This document shows, piece by piece, positions 25,466-34,868 of a stretch of 37,524 nucleotides of DNA. The stretch comes from a virus. Lineage: Duplodnaviria > Caudoviricetes. The position numbers and the translations under genes were made by a program. A model generated the notes under the pieces. It saw only the letters and a program-made list of their open reading frames with translations, was not told the origin of the DNA and ran no database searches. Location of the stretch: positions 1-37,524 of IMG/VR virus record IMGVR_UViG_3300045106_000019, one strand, 5' to 3'. Numbering within the stretch: the stretch's first letter is position 1; each line of letters begins with the position of its first letter.

Positions 25466-26909
25466 ACGTCAAAGGGTTGCCCATGACGCGGAGCGTATTC
25501 GGGCGCGCTGCCAGTCTCTCGCCGCTTTCGTCCGGGAAGCGTGGCATGTCCTTGAGCCAGGCAGTGAGTACATTCATGGGTGGCATATCGAGGCCATCTG
25601 CGCCCATCTCGAAGCGATCACCGACGGCAGGATTATCCGGCTCCTGATCAATGTGCCGCCGGGTACGATGAAATCGCTGATCGTGTCCGTGTTCTGGCCT
25701 GCGTGGGAGTGGGGGCCGCGCGGCATGGCTTGGATGCGCTACCTCACGACCTCCTATTCGGAGAGCTACGTCAAGCGTGACAGCCGACGCATGCGCGATC
25801 TGGTCCAGTCCGATTGGTATCAATCTCTGTGGCCCGAGGTGAAGCTGGTCCGGTCAGGCGAGGCTTCGTTCGCCAACTCGGCAACGGGTTTCCGCGAAGG
25901 TGTGCCGTTCCAGAGCCTTACCGGTGGGCGTGGGCATCGGGTTCTGATTGACGATCCCCACTCGACGGAAACCGCTGAAAGCCCGGCCGAGCGGCAAAGA
26001 ACTACCCGCATATTCCGCGAATCGGTCCCGTCGCGTCTCGTTGATCCGAAAACGTCGGCAATCGTCGTGATTATGCAGCGCCTGCATGAGGATGATGTCT
26101 CGGGCCAGATCGTAAAGCTCGGTCTGGGATATGATCACTTGATGCTCCCAATGGAGTACGAACCGGAGCGCCGGTGCCGGACATCAATTGGGTTTGAGGA
26201 CCCGCGTACGTACGAAAACGAATTGCTATTCCCGGAACGGTTCCCGAGGGAGGTGGTCGACCGGGACAAGAAGCCTATGGGGTCCTATGCCGTCGCGGGC
26301 CAGTTCCAGCAGCGGCCCGTTCCTCGCGAGGGTGGCCTCTTCAAGCGGGAATGGTTCGAAAGCAAGTTCATCGCAGCCGCCCCAGCGGGGACCAAATGGG
26401 TCAGGCACTGGGACTTGGCCGCGACTGCAAAGACGACCGCGGCGCGAACCGCTGGTGTGAAGCTTGGCCGGGCACCTGACGGACGGTTCATCGTCGGCCA
26501 TGTCGTGAAGACGCAGTCGGAAGGCAACGCGGTCCGGTCGATCATCAAGGCCACTGCTGAGCAAGACGGGAAAGACGTCGAGATCAGCCTTCCTCAGGAC
26601 CCGGGGCAGGCAGGCAAGGTGCAGGCAAGGGATTTCATTGCCATGCTCGCCGGCTATGTCGTGAAGGCCGAGCCCGAAACCGGCGACAAGGTGACAAGGG
26701 CCGAGCCGTTCTCTGCACAGTGCGAAGCCGGCAATGTGTTCATCGTTTCTGGCGATTGGAACGCCGACTACATCGATGAGCTGTGCCTGTTTCCCGGCGG
26801 CTCGTTCAAGGATCAGGTTGACGCGTCGTCCGGTGCATTCGGGCGTCTGTTGAAGCCGAGGGCTGTCCCGCCCGTATTCGGAACCTATGGCAGGATTGCA
26901 AATGGCTGA
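25416..26909 (+). CDS. terL: Terminase large subunit (start approximate)
   Basis: PPGTMKS Walker A, LIDDPH Walker B, WDLA and KDQVDA nuclease motifs. Confidence 0.93.
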   Translation: MMRLIRQEKARRAQEAERQRVAHDAERIRARCQSLAAFVREAWHVLEPGSEYIHGWHIEAICAHLEAITDGRIIRLLINVPPGTMKSLIVSVFWPAWEWGPRGMAWMRYLTTSYSESYVKRDSRRMRDLVQSDWYQSLWPEVKLVRSGEASFANSATGFREGVPFQSLTGGRGHRVLIDDPHSTETAESPAERQRTTRIFRESVPSRLVDPKTSAIVVIMQRLHEDDVSGQIVKLGLGYDHLMLPMEYEPERRCRTSIGFEDPRTYENELLFPERFPREVVDRDKKPMGSYAVAGQFQQRPVPREGGLFKREWFESKFIAAAPAGTKWVRHWDLAATAKTTAARTAGVKLGRAPDGRFIVGHVVKTQSEGNAVRSIIKATAEQDGKDVEISLPQDPGQAGKVQARDFIAMLAGYVVKAEPETGDKVTRAEPFSAQCEAGNVFIVSGDWNADYIDELCLFPGGSFKDQVDASSGAFGRLLKPRAVPPVFGTYGRIANG

Positions 26910-28371
26910 TACGCCTTACGCCACGTCCAGCGACTATGACGCCATGCTCCCATATTGGGAAATGGTCGAGACGATCCTCGACGGCGCCGATGCCATGCGG
27001 AAGGCGGGTGAAAAGTACCTGCCGAGATTTCCGAACGAAACGCAGGAGAACTACGATTACCGGCGCAAGAACGCCAAATTCACCAACATCTTCCGCGATC
27101 TGGTTGAAGGGCTGGCGTCAAAGCCATTCGCAAAGCAGGTGGATTTCGTGGAGGGCTCGGCCTCTGAGCGTGTGAAGGACCTTGGGGAGGATATCGACGG
27201 GGCAGGAAATCACGTCCACGTCTTCGCTGGCGATGTATTCTTCAATGGGATCGCCAGTGCGATTGACTGGATACTGGTCGACCACACGCCAGTGCCACAG
27301 GGTGCGACCCTGGCCGATGAAAAGGCCATGGGCGCGCGGCCCTATTGGGTTCGCATCCCGGCTATTCGCATGCTGTGGGTCGAAAGCGCCATGATCGCGG
27401 GCAAGGAGGCTTTCACTTACGCCGTGATCTACGAGCCGACGAAGGTTCGGGAAGGGTTCGAGGAAAAGACGAAGAAGCGCGTTCGGATCCTGATCCGAGA
27501 CAAGCAGGAAGATGGTTCCTACGCTCCAGCCCGATACGAGGTTTGGGAGGAGGCGAGCAAGGGCGGCACATGGGTCATGATCGAGCATGGCCCGATCAGC
27601 ATCGGCGTGATTGCTCTCGTCCCATTCCTCACTGGACGGCGGAAGGAAGGTTCGTGGCAGGTGCTCCCGCCCATGAAGGACGCCGCGTTCTTGCAGATCG
27701 AACATTTCCAGCAGGAAACAAACCTGAAGAGCGCCAAGGAACTCACCGCGTTTCCCATGCTCACCGGCAACGGCATCACCCCGCCGATAGATGAAAACGG
27801 CAATGCGGTCATGGCACCTATCGGCCCTTCGGTGGTGCTTTATGCTCCGCCCGGAGCGGACGGTGGTCAGCACGGCGAGTGGAAGTTCATAGAACCAACG
27901 GCTGCATCGTTGAAATTCCTTGCCGAGGAAGTCGACAAGACAGAGCAGCAGCTTCGCGAGCTTGGCCGCCAGCCTCTCACGGCCCAGACCGGGAATCTGA
28001 CCGTCGTCACCACGGCATTTGCGGCCCAGAAGGGCAACAGCGCCGTGCAGGCTTGGGCATTGAACTTGAAGGACTGCATCGAACAGGCATTGGCCTTCAC
28101 GTGCATGTGGCTGAAAGACCCGAGTGAGCCCGAGGTGTCGATCTATACCGACTTCGATGTCGAGACGGATTCGATCGATGGCATGCGTGTCGTGCTCGAC
28201 ATGAACAAGGAAGGACTTGTTTCGCGAGAGGCGACGATCACTGAAGCCAAGCGCCGCAACATCCTGTCGCCCGAGTATGACGAGGAAAAGGATCTCGACC
28301 TGATCCTTGCTGATCTGCCCGACGACGAGGCTGAGATTACGGCTGCTCTTCCACCGGCGCCCGCCGACTGA
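26902..28371 (+). CDS. Portal protein (DUF4055-like)
   Basis: Position after terL, size, MRKAGEKYLP...Y..R motif. Confidence 0.85.
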   Translation: MADTPYATSSDYDAMLPYWEMVETILDGADAMRKAGEKYLPRFPNETQENYDYRRKNAKFTNIFRDLVEGLASKPFAKQVDFVEGSASERVKDLGEDIDGAGNHVHVFAGDVFFNGIASAIDWILVDHTPVPQGATLADEKAMGARPYWVRIPAIRMLWVESAMIAGKEAFTYAVIYEPTKVREGFEEKTKKRVRILIRDKQEDGSYAPARYEVWEEASKGGTWVMIEHGPISIGVIALVPFLTGRRKEGSWQVLPPMKDAAFLQIEHFQQETNLKSAKELTAFPMLTGNGITPPIDENGNAVMAPIGPSVVLYAPPGADGGQHGEWKFIEPTAASLKFLAEEVDKTEQQLRELGRQPLTAQTGNLTVVTTAFAAQKGNSAVQAWALNLKDCIEQALAFTCMWLKDPSEPEVSIYTDFDVETDSIDGMRVVLDMNKEGLVSREATITEAKRRNILSPEYDEEKDLDLILADLPDDEAEITAALPPAPAD

Positions 28372-28465
28372 TCAGGAACAATTCGGCATCTAACCGGCTC
28401 GGCAGGGTGAACCTCCGGGCTATTCCAACGCGCGGGAAGCGCACCAAATCCGGGATGGATACAAC

Positions 28466-29239
28466 ATGGCACTCAAAGCAATTCTGGCATCGCTCGATGG
28501 CATAGATGATGCGGTCAAAGCCTTTTATGTCGAAAAGGACGGGAAGTTCATTCTCGACGTGGAAACGGTCGAGGGCTTCGCTCTTGAAGATGTATCGGGC
28601 TTGAAGACGGCGCTCGGTAAGGAGCGGACGGCCCGCGAGAACGCGGAACGCCTCACCGCCGCATTCAAGGACATCGATCCGGCGAAGGCCAAGGAAGCGC
28701 TGGCGAAGGTCGAGGAATGGGGCAATCTCGACCCATCGAAGGAAGCCGATAAGATCGCCAATTCGAAGTTCGAGGCCGCCAAGGCCCAGCTTCTGGAAAA
28801 GCATACCGGCGAGCTGACAAGCCGCGATGATCGGATCGGCCATCTGACAAAGACGGTGGAAAGCCTGCTTATCGACCAGGCCGCAACTGCAGCTCTTGCC
28901 GAGGCCAAGGGATCGGTCGATCTGCTCCTGCCTCACGTCAGGGCTCATACCCGCGTCAAAGAGGTCGACGGAAAGTTCGTGGTCGAGGTGGTCGACAAGG
29001 ACGGCAACGCCAAGATCGCGGACTCCAAGGGCACACCTATGGATATCAAGGGTCTCGTTGCCGAGATGCGCCAGTCCGACACTTTCGGCCGCGCCTTTGA
29101 GGGCAATGGCCAATCCGGTACCGGCAAGCAGCCGGGCAACGGTGGCGGTGGACTGCCACCGGCCAAGGGAAATTTCGGCGGAACGCGAGAGGAGCGGGCA
29201 GCGGCCATAGCCGCCAAGTTCCCGGACCTCGCACAGTAG
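28466..29239 (+). CDS. Capsid scaffolding protein
   Basis: FYVEKDGKFILDV...VSGLKTALGKER, coiled coil, Gly-rich C-terminus; precedes MCP. Confidence 0.8.
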   Translation: MALKAILASLDGIDDAVKAFYVEKDGKFILDVETVEGFALEDVSGLKTALGKERTARENAERLTAAFKDIDPAKAKEALAKVEEWGNLDPSKEADKIANSKFEAAKAQLLEKHTGELTSRDDRIGHLTKTVESLLIDQAATAALAEAKGSVDLLLPHVRAHTRVKEVDGKFVVEVVDKDGNAKIADSKGTPMDIKGLVAEMRQSDTFGRAFEGNGQSGTGKQPGNGGGGLPPAKGNFGGTREERAAAIAAKFPDLAQ

Positions 29240-29342
29240 TTCTGCAATCCATCCGCTGCTGTCTCGGGACGAGAAGCGGCATCCGGGGCGGGAAGCCTCC
29301 CACTGAACCAACAATCCCGAGACATCACGAAAGGAAAATCCC

Positions 29343-30332
29343 ATGTCTCTCTCGCAGATGCAGGTTTTCAACAAATACTTCATGCCGGCGACGATCGAGA
29401 CGCTGGCGCAGATGGTTGACAAGTTCAACGGCGCTTCGGGTGGTGCAATCCGCCTGACCACGGAAGGCTTCGAGGGCGATTTCCTTCAGGAGTCGTTCTA
29501 TGCCGCCATCCATTCGGCCCGTCGTCGTGTGGACCGCTACGCCTCCAACGCAGCGGCTTCGCCCACGGACCTGACGCAGCTCAAGCATTCTTCGGTCAAG
29601 GTGGCCGGCGGCTTCGGCCCGGTTCGTTACGAGCCGTCGCAGATGTCGTGGCTCAACAAGCCGACCGCCGAGGGTGTCGAGGTTGCATCGCGCAACTTCG
29701 CTGAGGCGCTGCTTCAGGACCAGCTCAACACGGCGATCGCTGCCCTTGTTGCGGCCATCGGCAACCAGGGCTCCGCGACCACGGTCGATGTCTCCACCGG
29801 CTCGGGCGCCAAGCGGGTCGATTACCTCGCGGTGAACGAGAGCCATGCGAAGTTCGGCGACCATTCCAGCCTGATCGTTGCTCAGGTCATGGATGGTGTT
29901 GCCTATCACAACTTCATCGGTCAGAACCTAGCGAACTCGAACACGCTGTTCCAGGCCGGCAACGTCCGCGTTGTCGACATTCTGGGCCGCGTGTCGGTCG
30001 TGACCGATGCTCCGGCGCTCTACTCGGCCGCCACGACCTCGCCGGTTGTCGCCGCCAAGCGCCGTGTCCTGTCCCTCGTCGCTGGTGCGGCGACCGTGAC
30101 CGACAGCCGCGACATCATCTCGAATATTGAGACGAGCAACGGCAAGGAGCGCATCGAGACCACGTTGCAGCTGGATTACAGCTTTGGCCTCGGGCTTAAA
30201 GGCTTCACATGGGATGAAGCCAACGGAGGCAAATCCCCCTCGGATGCTGAGCTCGCGACTGGCTCCAACTGGGACCTCGTTGCGTCCTCGGTGAAGCACA
30301 CCGCAGGAACCTTGGCCGTTGGCCTTGCATAA
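29343..30332 (+). CDS. Major capsid protein
   Basis: 329 aa, FNGASGGAIRL...GDF, NWD...KHTAG; strong codon bias; position. Confidence 0.88.
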   Translation: MSLSQMQVFNKYFMPATIETLAQMVDKFNGASGGAIRLTTEGFEGDFLQESFYAAIHSARRRVDRYASNAAASPTDLTQLKHSSVKVAGGFGPVRYEPSQMSWLNKPTAEGVEVASRNFAEALLQDQLNTAIAALVAAIGNQGSATTVDVSTGSGAKRVDYLAVNESHAKFGDHSSLIVAQVMDGVAYHNFIGQNLANSNTLFQAGNVRVVDILGRVSVVTDAPALYSAATTSPVVAAKRRVLSLVAGAATVTDSRDIISNIETSNGKERIETTLQLDYSFGLGLKGFTWDEANGGKSPSDAELATGSNWDLVASSVKHTAGTLAVGLA

Positions 30333-30356
30333 GGGCTGAAAGCCTTTAGAATCAAC

Positions 30357-30420
30357 GAGCCGCCATTGGTTTGCAGACCTCTGGCGGCTCTAACCATAAC
30401 CCGAACATTGGAGGTTCGAG
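30357..30420 (+). promoter_or_regulatory. Structured leader of the HNH-AP2 gene; second hairpin overlaps the SD
   Basis: GAGCCGCCA/TGGCGGCTC stem and CGAAC/GTTCG stem overlapping GGAGG. Confidence 0.55.
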
Positions 30421-30945
30421 GTGGCTAAGGCCAGAAATACAGCGCGTCCATCGCTGACGCAATCTCGTCTCAAGGAAGTTCTCTCATACGATCCAGAGGC
30501 CGGCGAGTTTCGTTGGCTGGTATGCACGTCAAATCGCGCACCGGCAGGCTCTCTTGCCGGCAGTGTGAGTAGTGCGCTCGGCTACCGCCTGATCGGCGTC
30601 GATGGGGTCAGATACTTCGCCCATAGGCTTGCATGGCTCTATATGACCGGCTCATTCCCGGCCGAGCAAATCGACCATGCCAATGCGGATCGATCCGATA
30701 ATAGGTGGGCGAACCTTCGGGCTGCTTCCAAGGCCGACAACATGCGCAACATTGGCATGAGGTCCGACAATAGCAGCGGACACACGGGCGTCGGCTGGCA
30801 TGCGCAGACGGGGAAGTGGCGTGCCTACATCGCGCAGGATGGGCGGACGATCCATCTAGGTCTTTTCGATACGAAGGATGCGGCGCTGGCGGCGCGTAAC
30901 GAAGCCGCAGCGAAAGCATACGGGGAGTTTCATATCCCCTCATAG
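30421..30945 (+). CDS. HNH endonuclease with C-terminal AP2 domain
   Basis: YDPEAGEF, AHRLAWLY, IDHANADRSDNRWANLR, SGHTGVGW...KWRAYI...HLGLF. Confidence 0.92.
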   Translation: MAKARNTARPSLTQSRLKEVLSYDPEAGEFRWLVCTSNRAPAGSLAGSVSSALGYRLIGVDGVRYFAHRLAWLYMTGSFPAEQIDHANADRSDNRWANLRAASKADNMRNIGMRSDNSSGHTGVGWHAQTGKWRAYIAQDGRTIHLGLFDTKDAALAARNEAAAKAYGEFHIPS

Positions 30946-30958
30946 TCGTCGGGGATTT

Positions 30959-31840
30959 ATGAAAACTGCACTTTGCCTTGGCGGCGCGGCTGGCGTTCAA
31001 GACGAATGGACCGCCGCGCTGGACTTGGCCGATTTTGATTTCATCGTTGCATGCAATGACGTGGGTGCGATCTGGCCGGGCAGGCTGGACGCGTGGGTTA
31101 CGCTGCACCCCGAACATATCACTCGCTGGCGGGATCAGCGCCGGGCGAACGGCTTTGCAGATGCAGCGCGCTACCTCGTTCACGGAGACTATCCGCCGAA
31201 ATGGGCCGAGTTGGTCGAATTCCGGTTCCCGGGGCAGGGTGACAGCGGATCGTCCGGGCTGTTCACAGCAAAGGCGGCGCTGATCGATCTGGGAGCCGAT
31301 AGGGCGGTGCTTGCAGGCATTCCGTTGGTTCGCAGCTCGCATTTCTTCGATGCCGTCCAGTGGGAGGCGGCTGGCGGTTATCGCGCGGTCTGGGAAGCAC
31401 TTCGGCCTGAATATCGCGCCCGTATCAGATCCATGAGCGGCTGGACCGCTCATTTCTTCGGACTTCCGACAACCGAATGGCTGACGACCGGCTCGACCGA
31501 TGCCGATGTGCCGTCACCAACTCTGGAGAGCACCAGAATGAGCAAGGTCAAACTGACGAAGATCGCCTATGAGCCGCATCCGGTTTCGCTGGAGCGCAAG
31601 CGCGAATTGAACCAGCAGGGCTACAAGATCGTCGACGTGCGATTTGCTCCGGCCGAAGCAAAGCCGTATGAGCCGGAGAAGATCGAACTCGGCACCGACA
31701 GTGGCGAAGGGCTGAGCGATGATCAGCTTCGCGCTGCCATCGAAGCCGCCACCGGCCAGAAGCCGCACCACCTGCTCGGCAGGGCAAAGCTGGTTGAGCA
31801 GTTCAACGCGCTGAACGCCGTGGCGGCTGGCGAGGAATGA
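30959..31840 (+). CDS. Rossmann/glycosyltransferase-like (MptE/Maf-like) domain fused to a small head-region protein; internal start 31538
   Basis: LCLGGA...IVACND...TLHPE...GSSGLF..KAAL..LG..AVLAGIP, then GGAGAG-preceded MSKVKLTKIAYEPHPVS. Confidence 0.6.
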   Translation: MKTALCLGGAAGVQDEWTAALDLADFDFIVACNDVGAIWPGRLDAWVTLHPEHITRWRDQRRANGFADAARYLVHGDYPPKWAELVEFRFPGQGDSGSSGLFTAKAALIDLGADRAVLAGIPLVRSSHFFDAVQWEAAGGYRAVWEALRPEYRARIRSMSGWTAHFFGLPTTEWLTTGSTDADVPSPTLESTRMSKVKLTKIAYEPHPVSLERKRELNQQGYKIVDVRFAPAEAKPYEPEKIELGTDSGEGLSDDQLRAAIEAATGQKPHHLLGRAKLVEQFNALNAVAAGEE

Positions 31841-31843
31841 CCA

Positions 31844-32365
31844 ATGGCCGATCACTACGGCGACCTTCCCGGCGCGTTGGCCTACAATGAGGCGCGGGGC
31901 AACACTGCCTGGTCAGCTGCTGGCGTCACTGATGCGCTGCGCACTGCCGCCCTTGTCCGCGCAAGCTCTGCTCTGGATGGCATCTATGGTGACCGCTTTG
32001 CCGGCCGTAAGACAGGAGGCCGCTCGCAGGCTCTGGCATGGCCCAGAACAGGCGCATACGACCACTGTGCAGGCGAAGACATACGGAGCGATGAAATCCC
32101 TCAGGAAGTCGTCAAAGCGGCCTATGAGCTTGCATTGGCGGAATTGCTTCAGCCGGGGTCATCGTCGCCAACGGTGACGCCGGGGCGGCTGGTCAAGCGG
32201 CAGAAGGTCGACACGATCGAGCGCGAGTTCTTCGGCCCGTATGACGGGGTACCGAGTGACGCCGATGACATGCGTCCCGTGCTGATGTCCGTCGAGGACG
32301 CTTTGCGCTGTATCCTTCGGCCTGCGTCCCGCGGTGCGCTGTATGGTTTTGTGGCGAGGGCCTGA
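31844..32365 (+). CDS. Head-tail connector/adaptor (DnaT-like family)
   Basis: AALVRAS..LD...FAG...QALAWPR...IPQEVVKAAYELAL. Confidence 0.8.
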   Translation: MADHYGDLPGALAYNEARGNTAWSAAGVTDALRTAALVRASSALDGIYGDRFAGRKTGGRSQALAWPRTGAYDHCAGEDIRSDEIPQEVVKAAYELALAELLQPGSSSPTVTPGRLVKRQKVDTIEREFFGPYDGVPSDADDMRPVLMSVEDALRCILRPASRGALYGFVARA

Positions 32366-32367
32366 CA

Positions 32368-32817
32368 TTGGCCGGCTTTTACGACGAAATGGCCGACATG
32401 GGGCGGGAACTGCTGGCGCCAGAGAGTGCCGGAGGCCTCGGGCAGGGCGTCATCACCGTGGAGCGCATTGAGCAAGAGCCGATGCCCCCCGACTGGCCCA
32501 CATGGGAGCCGTGGGAAGGCTCTATTACCATCAAGACCTACCTTCTGCGCGGCGCCGTGTCTGGCGTCAGCAAGGAGTTGGTAGACGGGAACACGATCCT
32601 TGCGTCAGACCAGATGCTGATTTGCGCCGACTGGATGGCGATGATCTCGACGCAGACGGGTGATGACGATCCGGTCACGTCGAACACGGAAGTTCCGTTC
32701 GACCTCGCCGTGCCGGAAGTCGTCAACGTCGATGGCCTCCCGTTCACGACGCTACAGCGGGTGCCGATACCGGGGGCGGGCGTAAAGGCCGCACACAAGT
32801 TCATCATTCGAGGCTGA
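32368..32817 (+). CDS. Head closure/head-tail joining protein
   Basis: Position; FYDEMA...LVDGNTILASD. Confidence 0.7.
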   Translation: MAGFYDEMADMGRELLAPESAGGLGQGVITVERIEQEPMPPDWPTWEPWEGSITIKTYLLRGAVSGVSKELVDGNTILASDQMLICADWMAMISTQTGDDDPVTSNTEVPFDLAVPEVVNVDGLPFTTLQRVPIPGAGVKAAHKFIIRG

Positions 32818-32820
32818 TAG

Positions 32821-33888
32821 ATGCTCAAGCGCCTTTCCGCCCGTGAATTGCTCGAGCAGGTCGCAGCCGACTTCGATCCGCAGGTTCGGCTTGCCTGGAT
32901 CGAGGCGATTGATCGCATCCGGTCGAACATCGTCCTGAAACGCATCGTCGAGCGACTGGAGCGCGGCGACGTGGCCGGCGTGGTTGCGGATCTCGGGATC
33001 GAGGACGGTGTTTTCGCCAAATTCGAGCAGTCGCTCTTGCAGGCATACCATGCCGGCGGCATTGCCACGGTGGACAGCATGCCGTCGCTGCGGGACCCCT
33101 CGGGCAACCGCGTTGTGTTTTCGTGGGGCGTGCGCAATCTGCCGGCCGAACAGGCCATGCGCGATCACGCCGCGCGGCTGGTCACGGGCATCGTCACCGA
33201 GGCGCGGGAGGGCATTCGCGACGTGCTGGTCGATAACCTCTCGCGCGGGCAGTCGCCTTATGATGCCGGAAGGCTGATCGCCGGCCGCGTGAACCGCGTG
33301 ACCGGACGCCGAGAGGGCGGCCTGATCGGCCTGTCGCGTCCGCAGATGGAGACAGTTGCCCGTATCGAGCGCGCCATGCGCGAGGGCGACACCGCCTACA
33401 TGCGGGAATACTTGGGCTTCGCCAACCGCGACAAGCGGCTGGACCGCACGGTTATGAAGGCGATCCGCGAGGGCAGGGCGCTTGCGCCAGAGGAAGCCGA
33501 GCGTGTGACGCGGCTCTATTCCAACAAGGCGCTGAAGTACCGGGCGGACACGATTTCCATTCTGGAGACGCATTCGGCGCTGGCCCGGTCGAAGCGCGAT
33601 GCGTTCCAGCAGCAGATTGATGACGGCAAGCTCGATGCCGATCTCGTCACCAAGAAGTGGCGGCGCACAGTCAGCCGGGAGCCGCGCATGGAGCATCTGG
33701 CGATGGCCTCGCAGCCCGCCATTCCGTTCAACGCGAAGTTCATCCTGCCTGACGGCATCCAGTGCGACGGCCCGCACGATCCCAGCCTACCGGTAAGGCA
33801 TGTCGTGGGCTGCAAGTGCAGCGTCGACTATTCGATCGACTTTACCGGCCAGGCGCTGCGCCGCTACCGCGAGCGCACCGGTGGCTAA
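32821..33888 (+). CDS. Head morphogenesis protein (SPP1 gp7/MuF-like)
   Basis: RADTISILET, KKWR...REPRMEH, PHDP...GCKC. Confidence 0.75.
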   Translation: MLKRLSARELLEQVAADFDPQVRLAWIEAIDRIRSNIVLKRIVERLERGDVAGVVADLGIEDGVFAKFEQSLLQAYHAGGIATVDSMPSLRDPSGNRVVFSWGVRNLPAEQAMRDHAARLVTGIVTEAREGIRDVLVDNLSRGQSPYDAGRLIAGRVNRVTGRREGGLIGLSRPQMETVARIERAMREGDTAYMREYLGFANRDKRLDRTVMKAIREGRALAPEEAERVTRLYSNKALKYRADTISILETHSALARSKRDAFQQQIDDGKLDADLVTKKWRRTVSREPRMEHLAMASQPAIPFNAKFILPDGIQCDGPHDPSLPVRHVVGCKCSVDYSIDFTGQALRRYRERTGG

Positions 33889-34339
33889 CCAGACATTCGC
33901 CGCCCAGATCGAGGGCTGGACCCGACGCGTAAAGGAAGCCGAGGAAGCAGTCTTCCGGGAGGCCGCTCAAGAGCTGGTAAAGCAGCTCAACGACCAGATC
34001 ACGGAAATGGTCTACGATACACCGGAGACGCCGAATTACCGGCGCACCGGCTTTCTTCGGGCATCTCTGGTGGCATCGACAGAGGCAATGCCTCGCCTGA
34101 TCCGCGATAATCCGGGGGTTCCGGTCAATGCGGACTATGGCGACGTGATCCTCGTCATCGCGGGCGCGGAACTCGGGGATACCGTGTTTTTGGGCTACAC
34201 GGCCGCCTACGGATTTTTCGTGCACGCGGGGTCGAACGGCCGGGCACCCCGACCTTGGGTTGACCTCGTTGCGATGAGGTGGCCCCAAATCGTCGCCGCA
34301 AAGGCCGCCGAAGTTGGGAAGAGGTTCGGCCTATTATGA
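33881..34339 (+). CDS. HK97 gp10-like tail completion protein
   Basis: RTGFLRAS...GYTAAYG...PRPWV. Confidence 0.75.
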   Translation: MANQTFAAQIEGWTRRVKEAEEAVFREAAQELVKQLNDQITEMVYDTPETPNYRRTGFLRASLVASTEAMPRLIRDNPGVPVNADYGDVILVIAGAELGDTVFLGYTAAYGFFVHAGSNGRAPRPWVDLVAMRWPQIVAAKAAEVGKRFGLL

Positions 34340-34791
34340 CCACGCCCACGATTGAAACGAAGATCAGCCAAGCCATACAGGCCCGCGTGGCGACTTGCCT
34401 GCCGGCCTACCCGAAGATCTGGACAGACGGCGAGCCTGCTTCGCTGCCGACCGCTGGCGGACAGCCCGCGCCTTATGTCGAGTGCCATTTCGAGCCGAAC
34501 AGGACGGTGCGCCGCTTTATCGGGTCTAATGATCCGCATGAGCGGCCCGGCCTGCTGCTGCTGACCTTGTGCTGGCCGCTGACGAAGGTTGGTACAGGCT
34601 CCGGCAAAACACACAAGGACGCGATCAGGGAGATTGCGGGGCAGATCGCAAGTCACTTCCAGGCCGATCTGCCGATGGATTTTGAAGGAGTCAGGGTCCG
34701 TGTGACCGCCGCGCCAAGCGTTCTCGGTGCATATCGCGATGACGCCTATCTGCGTACTCAGGTTCGCGTCACCTACACCTGCTTCGCCTGA
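34336..34791 (+). CDS. Tail terminator protein
   Basis: Position before the tail tube; PGLLLLTLCWP...IAGQIASHF. Confidence 0.7.
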   Translation: MTTPTIETKISQAIQARVATCLPAYPKIWTDGEPASLPTAGGQPAPYVECHFEPNRTVRRFIGSNDPHERPGLLLLTLCWPLTKVGTGSGKTHKDAIREIAGQIASHFQADLPMDFEGVRVRVTAAPSVLGAYRDDAYLRTQVRVTYTCFA

Positions 34792-34817
34792 CCAATTCCC
34801 GGCCATCCGGGTATTCC

Positions 34818-34840
34818 GGCTCGCTTCGGCGGGCCTTTTT
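34818..34840 (+). terminator. Intrinsic terminator-like hairpin inside the late operon
   Basis: GGCTCGC-TTCG-GCGGGCC-TTTTT. Confidence 0.75.
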
Positions 34841-34868
34841 CATGAGCCATTGAAAAGGAGCAACCGCG

